In this document: piece by piece, positions 16,492 through 23,042 of the stretch
Layout: the number at the start of each line of letters is the position of its first letter
How positions within the stretch are numbered: the first letter of the stretch is position 1
From: Bacteroidales bacterium
GTDB taxonomy: Bacteria > Bacteroidota > Bacteroidia > Bacteroidales > WCHB1-69
Assembly (NCBI GenBank): GCA_045116675.1
Contig: JBGUMF010000048.1
Coordinates: 3,751 to 67,750, forward strand
Direction: 5' to 3'
Length of the DNA: 64,000 nt
The notes under the pieces: generated by a model
Seen by the model: only the letters and a program-made list of their open reading frames with translations
Database searches by the model: none
What the model was told of the DNA's origin: nothing
Program-made: the position numbers and the translations under genes

Positions 16492-17994
16492 CTAAACGCC
16501 TTTGTAAGGCGTTCTCAAATGTTGGCCACGGAGTTCGTCCAGCTTTTCCTGGTTAAAGGTGCCGTTCTCCCACATTTGGTCAATTTCTTGTTGTGCCTTT
16601 TCGGCATACATAGTTGTGTCTTCAGTTTCGTCGTACAGATTGGAGATTGTAAATAGCGGCAGTATTTTCACATGCCGTAACGCGCCATTGTCTTTTTTGT
16701 CGCAATGCTCCAATTCGGCAAAATTCTCCAGAGAGCATCGGACAGCTTCGGTCAGATGTTTCTGTCGCATAAACTCATACAGACTTTTCATCTTACCGCT
16801 CATTCCAGCCTTACATTCGATAGGTAGCACTTTCATGTCGCGGGCTATGATGTAATCCACCTCTGAACGCGTTCCTTCGGCGGTGTTCTCCCAATAGTAT
16901 AGCTCATGTTGGGAACGAGGGTTGTTGTATTTTATGAGTTCCCAGCCTAACACCATCTCGGTCAGGCCGCCTTTGTTTACCAAATCTTCGGTAGTGCCGG
17001 CCAGAATCATATCGGTCAACTGTCGCGCACCACCCAAATCCAAGTCGAGAATGCGCAGCAACAGTCCGCTGTCAAGATATAGATATTTGCGATATTTTTC
17101 ATTGACCTCCGCCCCGAGCGGCAATCCGTTGCCCGCCGTGTGGCTCACCCGCTTGATGATACCTGCATCGCACAGGAGCTTCAATGCCTTTTTCACCTCT
17201 TCGGCACGATAGCCTCCCTCCACATGACTGTAGGTAAACTTCTCTCCAATCTGTATTACGACACTTTGCAGTGTGTTGCGAAGCAGAGTAGGATCGACCT
17301 TTTTAGCGTATTTTGGGAAATCATCGTAGTAGGTAAGTTGTATGTCATCAAGTTCGGTCTGGCATTGGCGGTAGTCGTGGGTTGAAACCCAGGCGGCCAC
17401 GCTGGCGGGCATGCCGCCTACCATCAGGAAGGTGCGGAAGTGTTGCACAAGTTCGTTGTGCATAGCCGTAAGCAGCGGATTCTCTGTGTTTGCATCCTTC
17501 TTGGCTTTCACCCAGGCCGATTTCCCTTCCGCCACCAAAAACTCGTCGAACGAGAAAGGATAGACGAATAGCGAGCGTATGCGTCCCACCCCAAACGATG
17601 GCAACTCTTTGAGAGTGAACTCCAGTAATGAGCCTGCTGCCACCACGTGAAGTTCCGGAAAATCTTCCTTGAATGACCAGAGACTCTTAATGGCATCGGC
17701 AGAAGCCTGTATCTCATCCAGGAAAAGCAAAGTTTTCCCAGGAATCACCGGAGTGCTATATAGCATGCTCAGGTTATTGGCCAAGTCATGTATATCATGG
17801 ATTTTCTGAAAAACCTCCAACATGTCGGGTCGTTTTTCAAAGTTGACTTCAATGAAGTAATCGAACGTTTCACCCAAATGTTTTACTGCTGACGATTTAC
17901 CAACTTGGCGTGCCCCTCTTAGCAAAAGTGGTTTGAGCCGTTTGCTATTCTTCCATTCCAGGAGCAAAGAGTCGATAGGTCTTTCTATATACAT
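16492..17994 (-). CDS. AAA+ ATPase fused to a DUF4143-type PD-(D/E)xK nuclease-like domain
   Basis: Walker A GARQVGKSS, Walker B LLFLDEIQ, and a C-terminal EVDYII...VLPIECKAG restriction-endonuclease-like motif (COG1373-type architecture). An extra acidic tail of about 45 aa follows. Confidence 0.85.
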   Translation of the reverse strand: MYIERPIDSLLLEWKNSKRLKPLLLRGARQVGKSSAVKHLGETFDYFIEVNFEKRPDMLEVFQKIHDIHDLANNLSMLYSTPVIPGKTLLFLDEIQASADAIKSLWSFKEDFPELHVVAAGSLLEFTLKELPSFGVGRIRSLFVYPFSFDEFLVAEGKSAWVKAKKDANTENPLLTAMHNELVQHFRTFLMVGGMPASVAAWVSTHDYRQCQTELDDIQLTYYDDFPKYAKKVDPTLLRNTLQSVVIQIGEKFTYSHVEGGYRAEEVKKALKLLCDAGIIKRVSHTAGNGLPLGAEVNEKYRKYLYLDSGLLLRILDLDLGGARQLTDMILAGTTEDLVNKGGLTEMVLGWELIKYNNPRSQHELYYWENTAEGTRSEVDYIIARDMKVLPIECKAGMSGKMKSLYEFMRQKHLTEAVRCSLENFAELEHCDKKDNGALRHVKILPLFTISNLYDETEDTTMYAEKAQQEIDQMWENGTFNQEKLDELRGQHLRTPYKGV

Positions 17995-18024
17995 TTCTAT
18001 TTTTATCGTTGATGATTACGCCGG

Positions 18025-18032
18025 CAAAAATA
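18025..18032 (-). promoter_or_regulatory. -7 box
   Basis: Reverse strand TATTTTTG, 31 nt upstream of the start at 17994. Confidence 0.45.
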
Positions 18033-18041
18033 ATAAATTTC

Positions 18042-18125
18042 GATAAAACCGAGATGAATAAACGCAAGTTTTTTGATAAAACCGAGACGAATAATGATTC
18101 GATTTTTGATAAAACCGAGACGAAT
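18042..18125. repeat. three 18-nt direct repeats at an exact 33-nt period
   Basis: gataaaaccgaga(t/c)gaat at 18042, 18075 and 18108, immediately upstream of the ATPase promoter. Confidence 0.85.
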
Positions 18126-18195
18126 CTTTATTAATAAACTTTAATACGCTGAATTTCAAATATCTACAATCAAGATATTCCTGTATAAAATCTCA

Positions 18196-18220
18196 TTTCG
18201 TCCCGTTTCTGTCCCGATTT
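18196..18220. repeat. GGGACA arm motif, copy 1
   Basis: tttcgtcccgtttctgtcccgattt, near-identical to 20287-20311. Confidence 0.8.
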
Positions 18221-18259
18221 TAAAACAAAAATCAGTAGCTTACATCGGTAAGTTACTGA
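18221..18259 (-). terminator. hairpin plus T-rich tract after tRNA-fragment copy B
   Basis: 12-bp stem tcagtagcttac/gtaagttactga (one G-T pair), then tttttgtttta on the minus strand. Confidence 0.5.
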
Positions 18260-18281
18260 CACTGATTTGATTACAAGACTT

Positions 18282-18310
18282 TGAGCGACAGACGGGGTTC
18301 GAACCCGCGA
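18282..18310 (-). repeat. tRNA 3'-end fragment, copy B (att-like direct repeat)
   Basis: tgagcgacagacggggttcgaacccgcga, identical to copy A. No 5' acceptor strand, D-arm or anticodon arm upstream. Confidence 0.85.
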
Positions 18311-18314
18311 TTCT

Positions 18315-18337
18315 CGGACACTGCCCCCTTGGACAAA
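18315..18337. repeat. inverted GGACA half-sites flanking copy B
   Basis: cggacactgcccccttggacaaa. Two GGACA half-sites in the opposite orientation to the arm motif, with a longer spacer. Confidence 0.45.
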
Positions 18338-18402
18338 TTCTTTTTATCAACTTGCTGAATGTTAATAATTTGAGAATTACACTTTTGGTCATTTTTGCAT
18401 TG

Positions 18403-18426
18403 TTTTGTCCCGATTCTGTCCCGAAA
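18403..18426. repeat. GGGACA arm motif, internal copy
   Basis: ttttgtcccgattctgtcccgaaa, followed by two small hairpins (18445-18470 and 18474-18507) but no tRNA-like core. Confidence 0.7.
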
Positions 18427-18557
18427 CAAAACAATAAAAATAACTGATTTTCAATCAATTATCAGTATTTTTGATGCACCCTTTACGATAGGGGAAAAGC
18501 GGTGCATTTTTTTGTTGTTTCTCAAAGAACGCAAAATTTTGTAGCAAAAATTTGCGG

Positions 18558-18565
18558 CAAAAATA
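18558..18565 (-). promoter_or_regulatory. orphan -7 box facing the non-coding 18.3-18.55 kb stretch
   Basis: Reverse strand TATTTTTG. No credible ORF lies downstream. Confidence 0.3.
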
Positions 18566-18648
18566 TGCATTTTTTGGACTCCAAAAGCGTGTGTTCTAAC
18601 AAAAAAATGGATGACAAATATCGTACTGTGCCAGTATGAGAAAAAATG

Positions 18649-18656
18649 TATTTTTG
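18649..18656 (+). promoter_or_regulatory. -7 box
   Basis: TATTTTTG, 57 nt upstream of the ATG at 18713. Confidence 0.45.
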
Positions 18657-18712
18657 CGAGGTCATAGCTATTAGAGAGATAATATGACAAGAGAGAATAA
18701 TTATTATTACGT

Positions 18713-19339
18713 ATGCAAATTGAAGATTCACATCGCGACTATTACGATTATGCTTGTCCGCATTTGATTGACAAAGCCATAGTCTATCATCGGAACAGTC
18801 AGATTGTTTTGGGACAGGAACTCTTTTTCAACTCAAACCCTTTCCAGATCGATATGGACAAATGGTTCAATAAGTTTGATCATCAGTGGCATTGTCAAAC
18901 GTGGGAGTTTGGACTCTATGTCGGGTATGAATACTACAAATTTTTAGTTGGCAGATATTTCGAAAAAAGTCATCTCATTCTGGAATATTTGCAAGCTACG
19001 GAGTCAGAGCGTGAGAAAAATGAACGAGAATCTTTGAAACGGCCATCCAACGCTGCAATCGTATTGGTTTCAAAATACGGGATGTATAATGACCGTTTTG
19101 CCGGACGGGAATTGCGTTTCACCCGGGAGTATTGGCAAGTTGATCATGCTCTAATAGAAAACCCAATTTTAAAAGAGACATGGCTCACAAAGGTTCTTTC
19201 GCCCGAGAGCGTATGGACCAATGTCTATAACTATTTGGTGGCCACAAAAGATGAGCCCGTTCAGGACAGTCGCACAAACACAGAGAAAATTCTGTCAGCA
19301 GGCTTTGACACAAAGACCAGTTTCAGAAATGTGAAATAA
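18713..19339 (+). CDS. hypothetical protein, no recognisable domain
   Basis: 208-aa ORF with its own promoter box and protein-like composition (rich in W/Y/H/E). Visibly AT-rich codon usage. Convergent with HEPN-MNT. Confidence 0.6.
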   Translation: MQIEDSHRDYYDYACPHLIDKAIVYHRNSQIVLGQELFFNSNPFQIDMDKWFNKFDHQWHCQTWEFGLYVGYEYYKFLVGRYFEKSHLILEYLQATESEREKNERESLKRPSNAAIVLVSKYGMYNDRFAGRELRFTREYWQVDHALIENPILKETWLTKVLSPESVWTNVYNYLVATKDEPVQDSRTNTEKILSAGFDTKTSFRNVK

Positions 19340-19394
19340 AGAACAATGAATGCAAAAATAGGTCTGCAAAACGAAAAAAGTACCTATTCAAATA

Positions 19395-19691
19395 CTACAC
19401 GGCAACTCCCGTGCGCAGGACATCATCATACAAGGGTGAAGGATAGCGTTCCTCTAAAAGGACAGGTTCAATAAGTGTATTCAGTTTCCGGGAGGCTGTC
19501 CAAAGCTTTGTGGTGGCGGTCAACCAGTCGCCGTCCAGCAACGGCACCACAACGGCAATGTCAATGTCGCTGCCGTCATGTGCGCATCCCTTGCTGTAGG
19601 AACCGTACAAGAACACTTTCGGAGAGTTGAAAAGCCCCGAAATCTCTTCCTTGTATTGCTTGGCTAACATTAGAGCTTGTTCTCTATCCAT
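19395..19691 (-). CDS. minimal nucleotidyltransferase (MNT) of a HEPN-MNT pair
   Basis: LYGSYSKGCAHDGSDIDIAVV (GS...DxD). An alternative start at 19670 overlaps the HEPN stop (TAATG). Confidence 0.85.
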   Translation of the reverse strand: MDREQALMLAKQYKEEISGLFNSPKVFLYGSYSKGCAHDGSDIDIAVVVPLLDGDWLTATTKLWTASRKLNTLIEPVLLEERYPSPLYDDVLRTGVAV

Positions 19692-20071
19692 TGTTTCAGA
19701 TTCTTTGTTCGTTCAATAATTTGGCCGCAAACGGTCTCATTCAGTTCGCGAGCCAGAGCTGACTTATAAGAGGGGTATCTTGCCTCAATGTTCATAGGCA
19801 TCATCATATCAAGGAACAACCGTTGCTCTTCTGTCATCTCTTCCAAAATACCAGAATTCTCCGCCAATCTGACCAAGTTGTGGACGTAAGGCGGGTCAAT
19901 CTCTTGTGAGGAGCACCAGTAAGCCTTGAGGGTTTTCTCCAACACTTGATGGCACATGAAACCCACGTACAACCACCGTTTGGTGGAGTACATTGCCTCA
20001 GCCGTGACAACGTCATAGTCGGCCAGTTCCATCCAGTATGATATTTTTTCCTCTCTTGTCATAATATTCAT
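19670..20071 (-). CDS. HEPN domain protein of a HEPN-MNT pair
   Basis: 133-aa helical protein (CHQVLEKTLKAYW...VHNLVRLAE...EARYP), directly upstream of and overlapping the MNT gene, which is the usual arrangement. Confidence 0.8.
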   Translation of the reverse strand: MNIMTREEKISYWMELADYDVVTAEAMYSTKRWLYVGFMCHQVLEKTLKAYWCSSQEIDPPYVHNLVRLAENSGILEEMTEEQRLFLDMMMPMNIEARYPSYKSALARELNETVCGQIIERTKNLKQWIENKL

Positions 20072-20088
20072 GAATAGAATATCAACGG

Positions 20089-20096
20089 CAAAAATA
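20089..20096 (-). promoter_or_regulatory. -7 box
   Basis: Reverse strand TATTTTTG, 18 nt upstream of the start at 20071. Confidence 0.4.
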
Positions 20097-20286
20097 CATT
20101 TTTTTGTTTACATATACGTAGAGACACAAAATTTTGCGTCACTACAGATGATTCGCGTGTCCTTGTACCCGTTAGGATGCCTTAATCGGTCCTCGAACCA
20201 ATGTGTCTGCGGTTCGAAAACAATAATTTTGTAACATATTGAAGTTCAACATCTTATGTTTCAATAGGAAACAGTATAAAACCTCA

Positions 20287-20311
20287 TTTTGTCCCGTTTC
20301 TGTCCCGATTT
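20287..20311. repeat. GGGACA arm motif, copy 2
   Basis: ttttgtcccgtttctgtcccgattt. The flank ..gtataaaa(c/t)ctcattt.. is also shared with the copy at 18181-18195. Confidence 0.8.
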
Positions 20312-20312
20312 G

Positions 20313-20350
20313 CAAAAAAAACAGCGATTTTACGGCTGTAAATCGCTGTT
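20313..20350 (-). terminator. Rho-independent terminator of tRNA-Gly
   Basis: 11-bp stem aacagcgattt/aaatcgctgtt, followed on the minus strand by a T-run (the A-run at 20314-20319). Confidence 0.7.
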
Positions 20351-20363
20351 TTTCAGTGTTTTG

Positions 20364-20436
20364 AGCGGTAGACGGGGTTCGAACCCGCGACCTGCGGCTT
20401 GGGAAGCCGCCGCTCTGCCAACTGAGCTACTACCGC
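20364..20436 (-). tRNA. tRNA-Gly (anticodon CCC)
   Basis: Hand-folded cloverleaf. Acceptor GCGGTAG/CTACCGC, D-arm GCTC-AGTTGGCA-GAGC, anticodon arm GCGGC-TTCCCAA-GCCGC, 5-nt variable loop, T-arm GCGGG-TTCGAAC-CCCGT, discriminator T. CCA is not encoded. Confidence 0.9.
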
Positions 20437-20476
20437 ACTATTTTATTAAGTTATTAAAATATTAAATCATTAAAAA

Positions 20477-20484
20477 CAAAGATA
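20477..20484 (-). promoter_or_regulatory. -7 box for the tRNA
   Basis: Reverse strand TATCTTTG, about 40 nt upstream of the tRNA 5' end. Confidence 0.4.
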
Positions 20485-20558
20485 ACACGCTTTCAAATTA
20501 CCGATTGTTGTGTGTTTATAATTTAGCAGTTTAATAATTTAATAGTTTAATAGCATTA

Positions 20559-21656
20559 TTATACATTGAATCGAATATGCAGAATGTCACCGTCCTGCAC
20601 TTCGTAATTCTTCCCCTCTACATATAGTTTGCCGGCCTCTTTGCATTTGAGCTCGGAGCCGAGCGTTTTCAAATCCTCGTATTTGATGACCTCGGCGCGG
20701 ATGAAGCCGCGTTCCAGGTCGCTGTGTATGACGCCTGCGGCCTGCGGCGCCAGCATGCCTCGTCGGATGGTCCAGGCGCGGTTCTCCTTTCCACCCACCG
20801 TGAAGAAGGAGATGAGGTCCAGCATCTTGTATGCCGCGCGTATCACCTTGTTCACGCCCGGTTCGGTAAGCCCCACGTCCTCAAGGAACGCCTTGCGGTC
20901 CTCTTCACTGTCCAACTCGGCGATTTCCGATTCTATCTTAGCGGCTATCACCAGCATCTCGCCACCATTCTCCTCCACATATTTCTTCACCGCCTCCGAA
21001 TAGGTGTTGCCGTTGACAGCATCGTCGTCATTCACATTGCACACGAAAAGCACCGGTTTTTCCGTCAGCAGCATCATATCGGCCACCACGGCGTGCTCGT
21101 CGTCCGTCACCTCCAAGGTGCGCACATTCTGGAAACCCTCCAGATGCTCCTTGTATTTTTTCAGCACCTCATAATCGTGTTTGGCAGTCTTGTCGCCGAT
21201 TTTGGCGGCTTTTTCCACTTTGGCAATCTTCCGCTCAACCTGTTCCAAGTCCTTGCACTGCAGCTCAAAATCCACAATCTCGATATCGCGGACGGGATCT
21301 ACGGAGCCTTCCTCGTGGGGGAGGGCCGGGTTGTCGAAGCAGCGCAGCACGTGGATCAGCGCGTCGCAGAGGCGCACGTCGGCCAGGAAGCTGTTGCCGA
21401 TGCCGGCACCCTGGCTGGCACCTTTTGCCAAACCGGGGATGTCCACCAGGTCCAAGTTGGCAAACACCAACTTGTCAGCCTTGATGAAGGTGTTGATGTG
21501 GGTCAAGCGGTCATCGGGCACCGCGCAAACCCCGATGTTGGATTTGTTGGTGCTGTAGGCAAACTCGGTCACGGCAGCCTTGGTGTTCGATATGCAATTG
21601 AACATCGTTGTCTTACCGGAGTTCGTCAGTCCCACTATGCCGCATTTGAGTCCCAT
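20559..21656 (-). CDS. ychF: redox-regulated ATPase YchF
   Basis: MGLKCGIVGLTNSGKTT P-loop, DIPGLAKGAS, and a C-terminal TGS-like end GDILHIRFNV. Confidence 0.95.
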   Translation of the reverse strand: MGLKCGIVGLTNSGKTTMFNCISNTKAAVTEFAYSTNKSNIGVCAVPDDRLTHINTFIKADKLVFANLDLVDIPGLAKGASQGAGIGNSFLADVRLCDALIHVLRCFDNPALPHEEGSVDPVRDIEIVDFELQCKDLEQVERKIAKVEKAAKIGDKTAKHDYEVLKKYKEHLEGFQNVRTLEVTDDEHAVVADMMLLTEKPVLFVCNVNDDDAVNGNTYSEAVKKYVEENGGEMLVIAAKIESEIAELDSEEDRKAFLEDVGLTEPGVNKVIRAAYKMLDLISFFTVGGKENRAWTIRRGMLAPQAAGVIHSDLERGFIRAEVIKYEDLKTLGSELKCKEAGKLYVEGKNYEVQDGDILHIRFNV

Positions 21657-21690
21657 GATGTTAGCTTTTGGTTATAGGTTATTGGTGAAC

Positions 21691-21746
21691 AATTATTAAT
21701 TGTTAATTATTCATTGTTAATTATTCATTATTCATTGTTAATTGTC
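21691..21746. repeat. 8 x 7-nt tandem array ((a/c)att(a/g)tt) in the nifU-like/ychF spacer
   Basis: aattatt aattgtt aattatt cattgtt aattatt cattatt cattgtt aattgtc, read directly from the sequence. Confidence 0.85.
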
Positions 21747-21993
21747 AAAACCCCAGGATAATGTCTTCCACCCGGTCAATCTCGGGCAGATAGTGCTTGA
21801 GAGTCTGCTCCACACCGTTTTTCAGAGTCATCTTGGCATGGGGACAGGAACCGCAGGCACCCTGCAGCTTTACTTTTACCACATTGTCGGAAGTGAGTTC
21901 CACAAATTCAATGTCGCCGCCATCCTGCTGGAGGTAGGGGCGGATTTGGTCGATGATGGATTTCACTTTCTGTTCGAGTGTCGGACTTTCCAT
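21745..21993 (-). CDS. NifU-like (Nfu C-terminal domain) Fe-S cluster protein
   Basis: IRPYLQQDGGDIEFV...LQGACGSCPHA with the CxxC motif. Confidence 0.85.
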   Translation of the reverse strand: MESPTLEQKVKSIIDQIRPYLQQDGGDIEFVELTSDNVVKVKLQGACGSCPHAKMTLKNGVEQTLKHYLPEIDRVEDIILGF

Positions 21994-22015
21994 GTGCTTT
22001 GTTTTTTACGGCTGC

Positions 22016-22023
22016 AAAGATAC
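22016..22023 (-). promoter_or_regulatory. -7 box
   Basis: Reverse strand TATCTTTG (followed by CAGCC), 23 nt upstream of the start at 21993. Confidence 0.5.
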
Positions 22024-22031
22024 GATTTTTT

Positions 22032-23039
22032 TTATTTTCTCAACAGCAGGAAGATAAAATAGGGGGCTCCGGCCAGGGCTGTGATGCTGCCCACGGGCAG
22101 CTCTGACGGTGCGGCGATGGTGCGGGCCAGCGTGTCGGCGACCAGCAGGAAGAACGCCCCGAAGAAGATGGAATAGACGAACAGCCGGCGGTTGTTGCTG
22201 CCGAAGATCAGGCGGCAGATATGGGGCACAATCAGGCCGATGAAGCCGATGACTCCGCAAAAGGAGACCACCACGCCCACCAGCAGCGACGAGAGCAGGA
22301 GCGTGGCATGTACCGTACGGGAGGTGTTCACCCCGAGGCTTTGCGCCGACTCCTCGCCCATCTGTATGATGTTGAGGTCTTTAGCGTAATAAAACAGTAC
22401 CGTAATGATGGCGACGGCTACGGGCAGCAGGCAGGCGATTTCACGCCAGGAGACTGCCGCCAGGCCGCCCATCGTCCAGAAGAAAATCTGGTGCATCTCC
22501 TTCTGGTTGACGACCATCAGGAGGGTGATGACGGCGGAGATGAAGAAGTTGACCGCGATACCCGTAAGCAGGAGCGTCTGGGTGGAGTTGCGTCCGCGCA
22601 GACGGGCCACCCCCATGATGAGCAGGAGGGTGAGCACAGCCGTCAGCAGTGCCGGCACGGTGATGCCGAACAGGAGGGCATCCCAGCCTAAGATGATAGC
22701 GATGGCGGCACCTAACGAAGCACCGGAGGAGATACCCAGGATATAGGGGTCGCAGATGGGATTGCGGAATATGCTTTGGAAGACACAGCCGCACACGGCC
22801 AGCGCAGCACCCGCCAGCAGGCTCATGACGATGCGCGGCAAGCGTAGCTGCCAGATGACCATGTCGTAGTAAGCCGGCACAATATGCGTGTCAGGAAGAT
22901 GAAAATGGTGCATGAAACTGTACCATACTGTATCGAACGGGATGGGAATCACCCCGATGAAGATGGCCGCCACGGCACATGCCAGCAGCAGCAGACCTAA
23001 AAGGATAGGTAGAACGATATGCCTGCGTTGTGCCTTCAT
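22032..23039 (-). CDS. FecCD/BtuC-family ABC permease (iron-siderophore, haem or B12 type)
   Basis: About 9-10 TM helices, with typical LRLPRI..., ICDPYILGISSGASLGA and GxxxALAGAPYF motifs. Confidence 0.85.
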   Translation of the reverse strand: MKAQRRHIVLPILLGLLLLACAVAAIFIGVIPIPFDTVWYSFMHHFHLPDTHIVPAYYDMVIWQLRLPRIVMSLLAGAALAVCGCVFQSIFRNPICDPYILGISSGASLGAAIAIILGWDALLFGITVPALLTAVLTLLLIMGVARLRGRNSTQTLLLTGIAVNFFISAVITLLMVVNQKEMHQIFFWTMGGLAAVSWREIACLLPVAVAIITVLFYYAKDLNIIQMGEESAQSLGVNTSRTVHATLLLSSLLVGVVVSFCGVIGFIGLIVPHICRLIFGSNNRRLFVYSIFFGAFFLLVADTLARTIAAPSELPVGSITALAGAPYFIFLLLRK

Positions 23040-23042
23040 ATC

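Larger units (their letters stand above)
16460..18281. mobile_element. integrase-less cassette 1 (about 1.8 kb) between tRNA-fragment copies A and B
   Basis: Bounded by direct repeats A and B and by inverted GGGACA-type motifs (16465-16481 and 18196-20). Its only cargo is the AAA+/nuclease gene. More AT-rich than the flanks. Confidence 0.5.
18311..20363. mobile_element. integrase-less cassette 2 (about 2.05 kb) between copy B and the intact tRNA-Gly
   Basis: Bounded by direct repeats and by GGACA...GGACAAA (18315-18337) against the inverted TGTCCCgtttcTGTCCC (20287-20311). Cargo is the orphan 208-aa gene plus HEPN-MNT. Confidence 0.5.

Noticed and set aside
18042-18125. Possible CRISPR array, given the regularly spaced direct repeats.
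   Set aside because: There are only three 18-nt repeats with 15-nt spacers that are themselves similar. There is no leader or cas genes, and the repeat is too short. I treat it as an operator or iteron-like array instead.
18240-18731. Three small minus-strand ORFs (69-79 aa) in the cassette 2 spacer.
   Set aside because: They give low-complexity Phe/Ile/Lys/Ser-rich translations of AT-rich DNA, overlap one another and the repeat motifs, and have no promoter-to-start logic.
19395-20071. HEPN-MNT pair as a novel system.
   Set aside because: This is a well-known toxin-antitoxin/defence pair with the canonical order, overlap and motifs. Only its cassette context is of interest.
22032-23039. Orphan FecCD permease with no adjacent ATPase or binding protein, as a possible anomaly.
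   Set aside because: Split ABC transporter operons are common, and the partners may lie elsewhere. Nothing in the sequence itself is unusual.
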